64,000 bases of DNA. Source: Ascidiella aspersa. Lineage: Eukaryota. Location: positions 29,140,001-29,204,000 of the forward strand of contig OZ004607.1 in NCBI GenBank assembly GCA_963924565.1, written 5' to 3'. The translations under genes were made by a program, and so were the position numbers. The notes beneath the pieces are model-generated. The model was given only the letters and a program-made list of their open reading frames with translations. It was not told the origin of the DNA and did no database searches. Positions 62,343-64,000 of the stretch are shown piece by piece. Every line of letters starts with the position of its first letter. Positions within the stretch are counted from its first letter, which is position 1.

Positions 62343-62873
62343 CAAGGAGTCTAACCGGAACCGAACCGAACCGGAACTTTATGAACCGGTTTTGGGTCAA
62401 TTTTATTCGAACCGTAACCGAACCTGAACCGGTTTTTATAAGATTTTAAGGAGCCGAACCGGAACTGAACCCAATAATTTGAAAGTACCTTAACCGAACC
62501 CGAACCTGTAAATAAAAGCGGTTCGTTCCTGCATGACGTCACAACTTCTATTTTACAGAGTCAAGTTACGCCATATTCGAAACTTTATGAAAAAAATATG
62601 AATATTGAGTGAAAATTTCGTTAATTTTTTATTTTTTAGATATTTCAATAATGAGTTGCTGTTTTTTTAATACGTCACGTTACTTAGATTAAATGACTTA
62701 AAATTCAAACATTATTCTCTACATTTATCGACCCACATTTTGAGATTTAACGCAAATTGTATTGTATCTGAACCGGAACTTTATGAACCGGTTTTGAAAT
62801 AGCGATGGTCGAACCGGATTCCGAAAAAAATTCTTGAACCTGAACCGGAAAAGTCAAACGGTTCGACTCCCTG
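62343..62873. mobile_element. hAT-type MITE with AACCG subterminal repeats
   Basis: TIR CAAGGAGTCTAACCG / CGGTTCGACTCCCTG; 8-bp TSD TTTTAAAT/TTTCAAAT. Confidence 0.8.
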
Positions 62874-63493
62874 TTTCAAATATTAAACGGTTACATTGGA
62901 TAATATCGAAATTTGCGTACATTGTACCTGGACCGAAATCGTGTGGTAGGTATAATGTTTTTACAAAAGTAAGTTCCACTAAATTACTCTGTAGGCTGGA
63001 TTTATTAATAATATGTTTTAAGAGGTGATTAAGTAAAGGAAGTTCAATTTTAAATACTTAACTCTTCCAGTGGTCTTGACTATTTTTTGGGATTTGCACC
63101 GTAAACAATAAAGTCATTCCCTAACTAAATTATAGTCCTGGATAAACAAACGTAAAAATAAATTATTTCAAGGCTGATTCGATTCTGTATCGGAGAAATA
63201 AGCGAACAATATATGCAAAAACACTTCACTTGTAGGAGCTTATAGCCTTTGTTGAATGTAGGTGCAAACATCATGTCGCTAAAATTTAAATGGGTTTAAA
63301 ATGTTTTGACGATAAATGCAATTACCCGCGGAGAAGGGCTATATCTAACAGAACTAAAGATATTAGGATTATAACTCAACTCCAACACGACTTGCCATTC
63401 TGTGTCAATAAATATGTCCGACTCAATGCAAAAATCTCTTACCTAAAGTCACTCATCAATGCGTGAGTTTTCGACCACAATGATCTACTAAAC

Positions 63494-63947
63494 CAGCGTG
63501 GTCCAACTTCTTTTCATCGCGGGGCAAAAACAATTTTGTTTTTATCTTGCGGGCCAATGGTTTTAAATAGCTATTCTTAGGCTTATTGCTGGCAAATCAT
63601 ACTTAGCCTATGGCATATATAGCCTACTCTAACTTTATGAAATGTACACCACGTTCAGCTACGGTAGGTGTGAAATAATTTCAACACCAAAATTTTCCAA
63701 GTTTCCCACATGATTCATTGATCAATGGGTCGTCTGAGATCGATCTTCTATTTTTGGACAAAGTTGTATTGGTATGCATCACAAAAGATTATTCACAAAT
63801 TTTGTTGTCATTCAAAATAACAGAAACAAAAATTAAAGTGAAATTGCTAGATTGAAGCAAAGCTGACTAACAGTTCGCGGGCCGGAAACTGAAAAGCGGA
63901 ACTTGCGGGCCAACTTTGGCCCACGGGCCTGCAGTTGGACCACATTG
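63494..63947. mobile_element. hAT-type MITE
   Basis: TIR CAGCGTGGTCCAACT / AGTTGGACCACATTG; perfect 8-bp TSD TACTAAAC. Confidence 0.88.
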
Positions 63948-64000
63948 TACTAAACGATTCAGGGCACTAAATATAACATATGACCAATTGGCTGTAAAAT

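Overview
AT-rich eukaryotic (animal) genomic DNA with short GT-AG introns. The gene density, an operon-like gene pair and the repeat types suggest an invertebrate chordate such as an ascidian, which is an inference. Left end, minus strand: the first coding exon of EMG1/NEP1 (537-379) sits ~550 bp downstream of a 4-exon LRRC46-like gene (6636-1085). Intron 3 of that gene holds a U6 retrocopy, an internally deleted Sola2-like DNA transposon and a nested hAT MITE. Most of the window (10799-56288, + strand) is one 54-exon gene. I spliced it by hand into an uninterrupted 14,961-nt ORF (~4,986 aa) for a giant secreted mosaic mucin/proteoglycan: signal peptide, CUB, MAM, LDLa x9, TIL x4, FN3 x6, thyroglobulin type-1 x10, a second CUB, two large PTS mucin regions with DGSG glycosaminoglycan sites, and an unrecognised Trp/Tyr-rich C-terminal domain. 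There is no transmembrane segment. Its introns carry a recent ~1.8-kb three-exon triplication, a dead pseudo-exon, two copies of a Penelope-type minimal hammerhead ribozyme, tRNA-like repeats and many 8-bp-TSD MITEs. Right end: a sororin (CDCA5)-like ORF (60866-61537). All domain and family calls come from motif recognition, not database searches.
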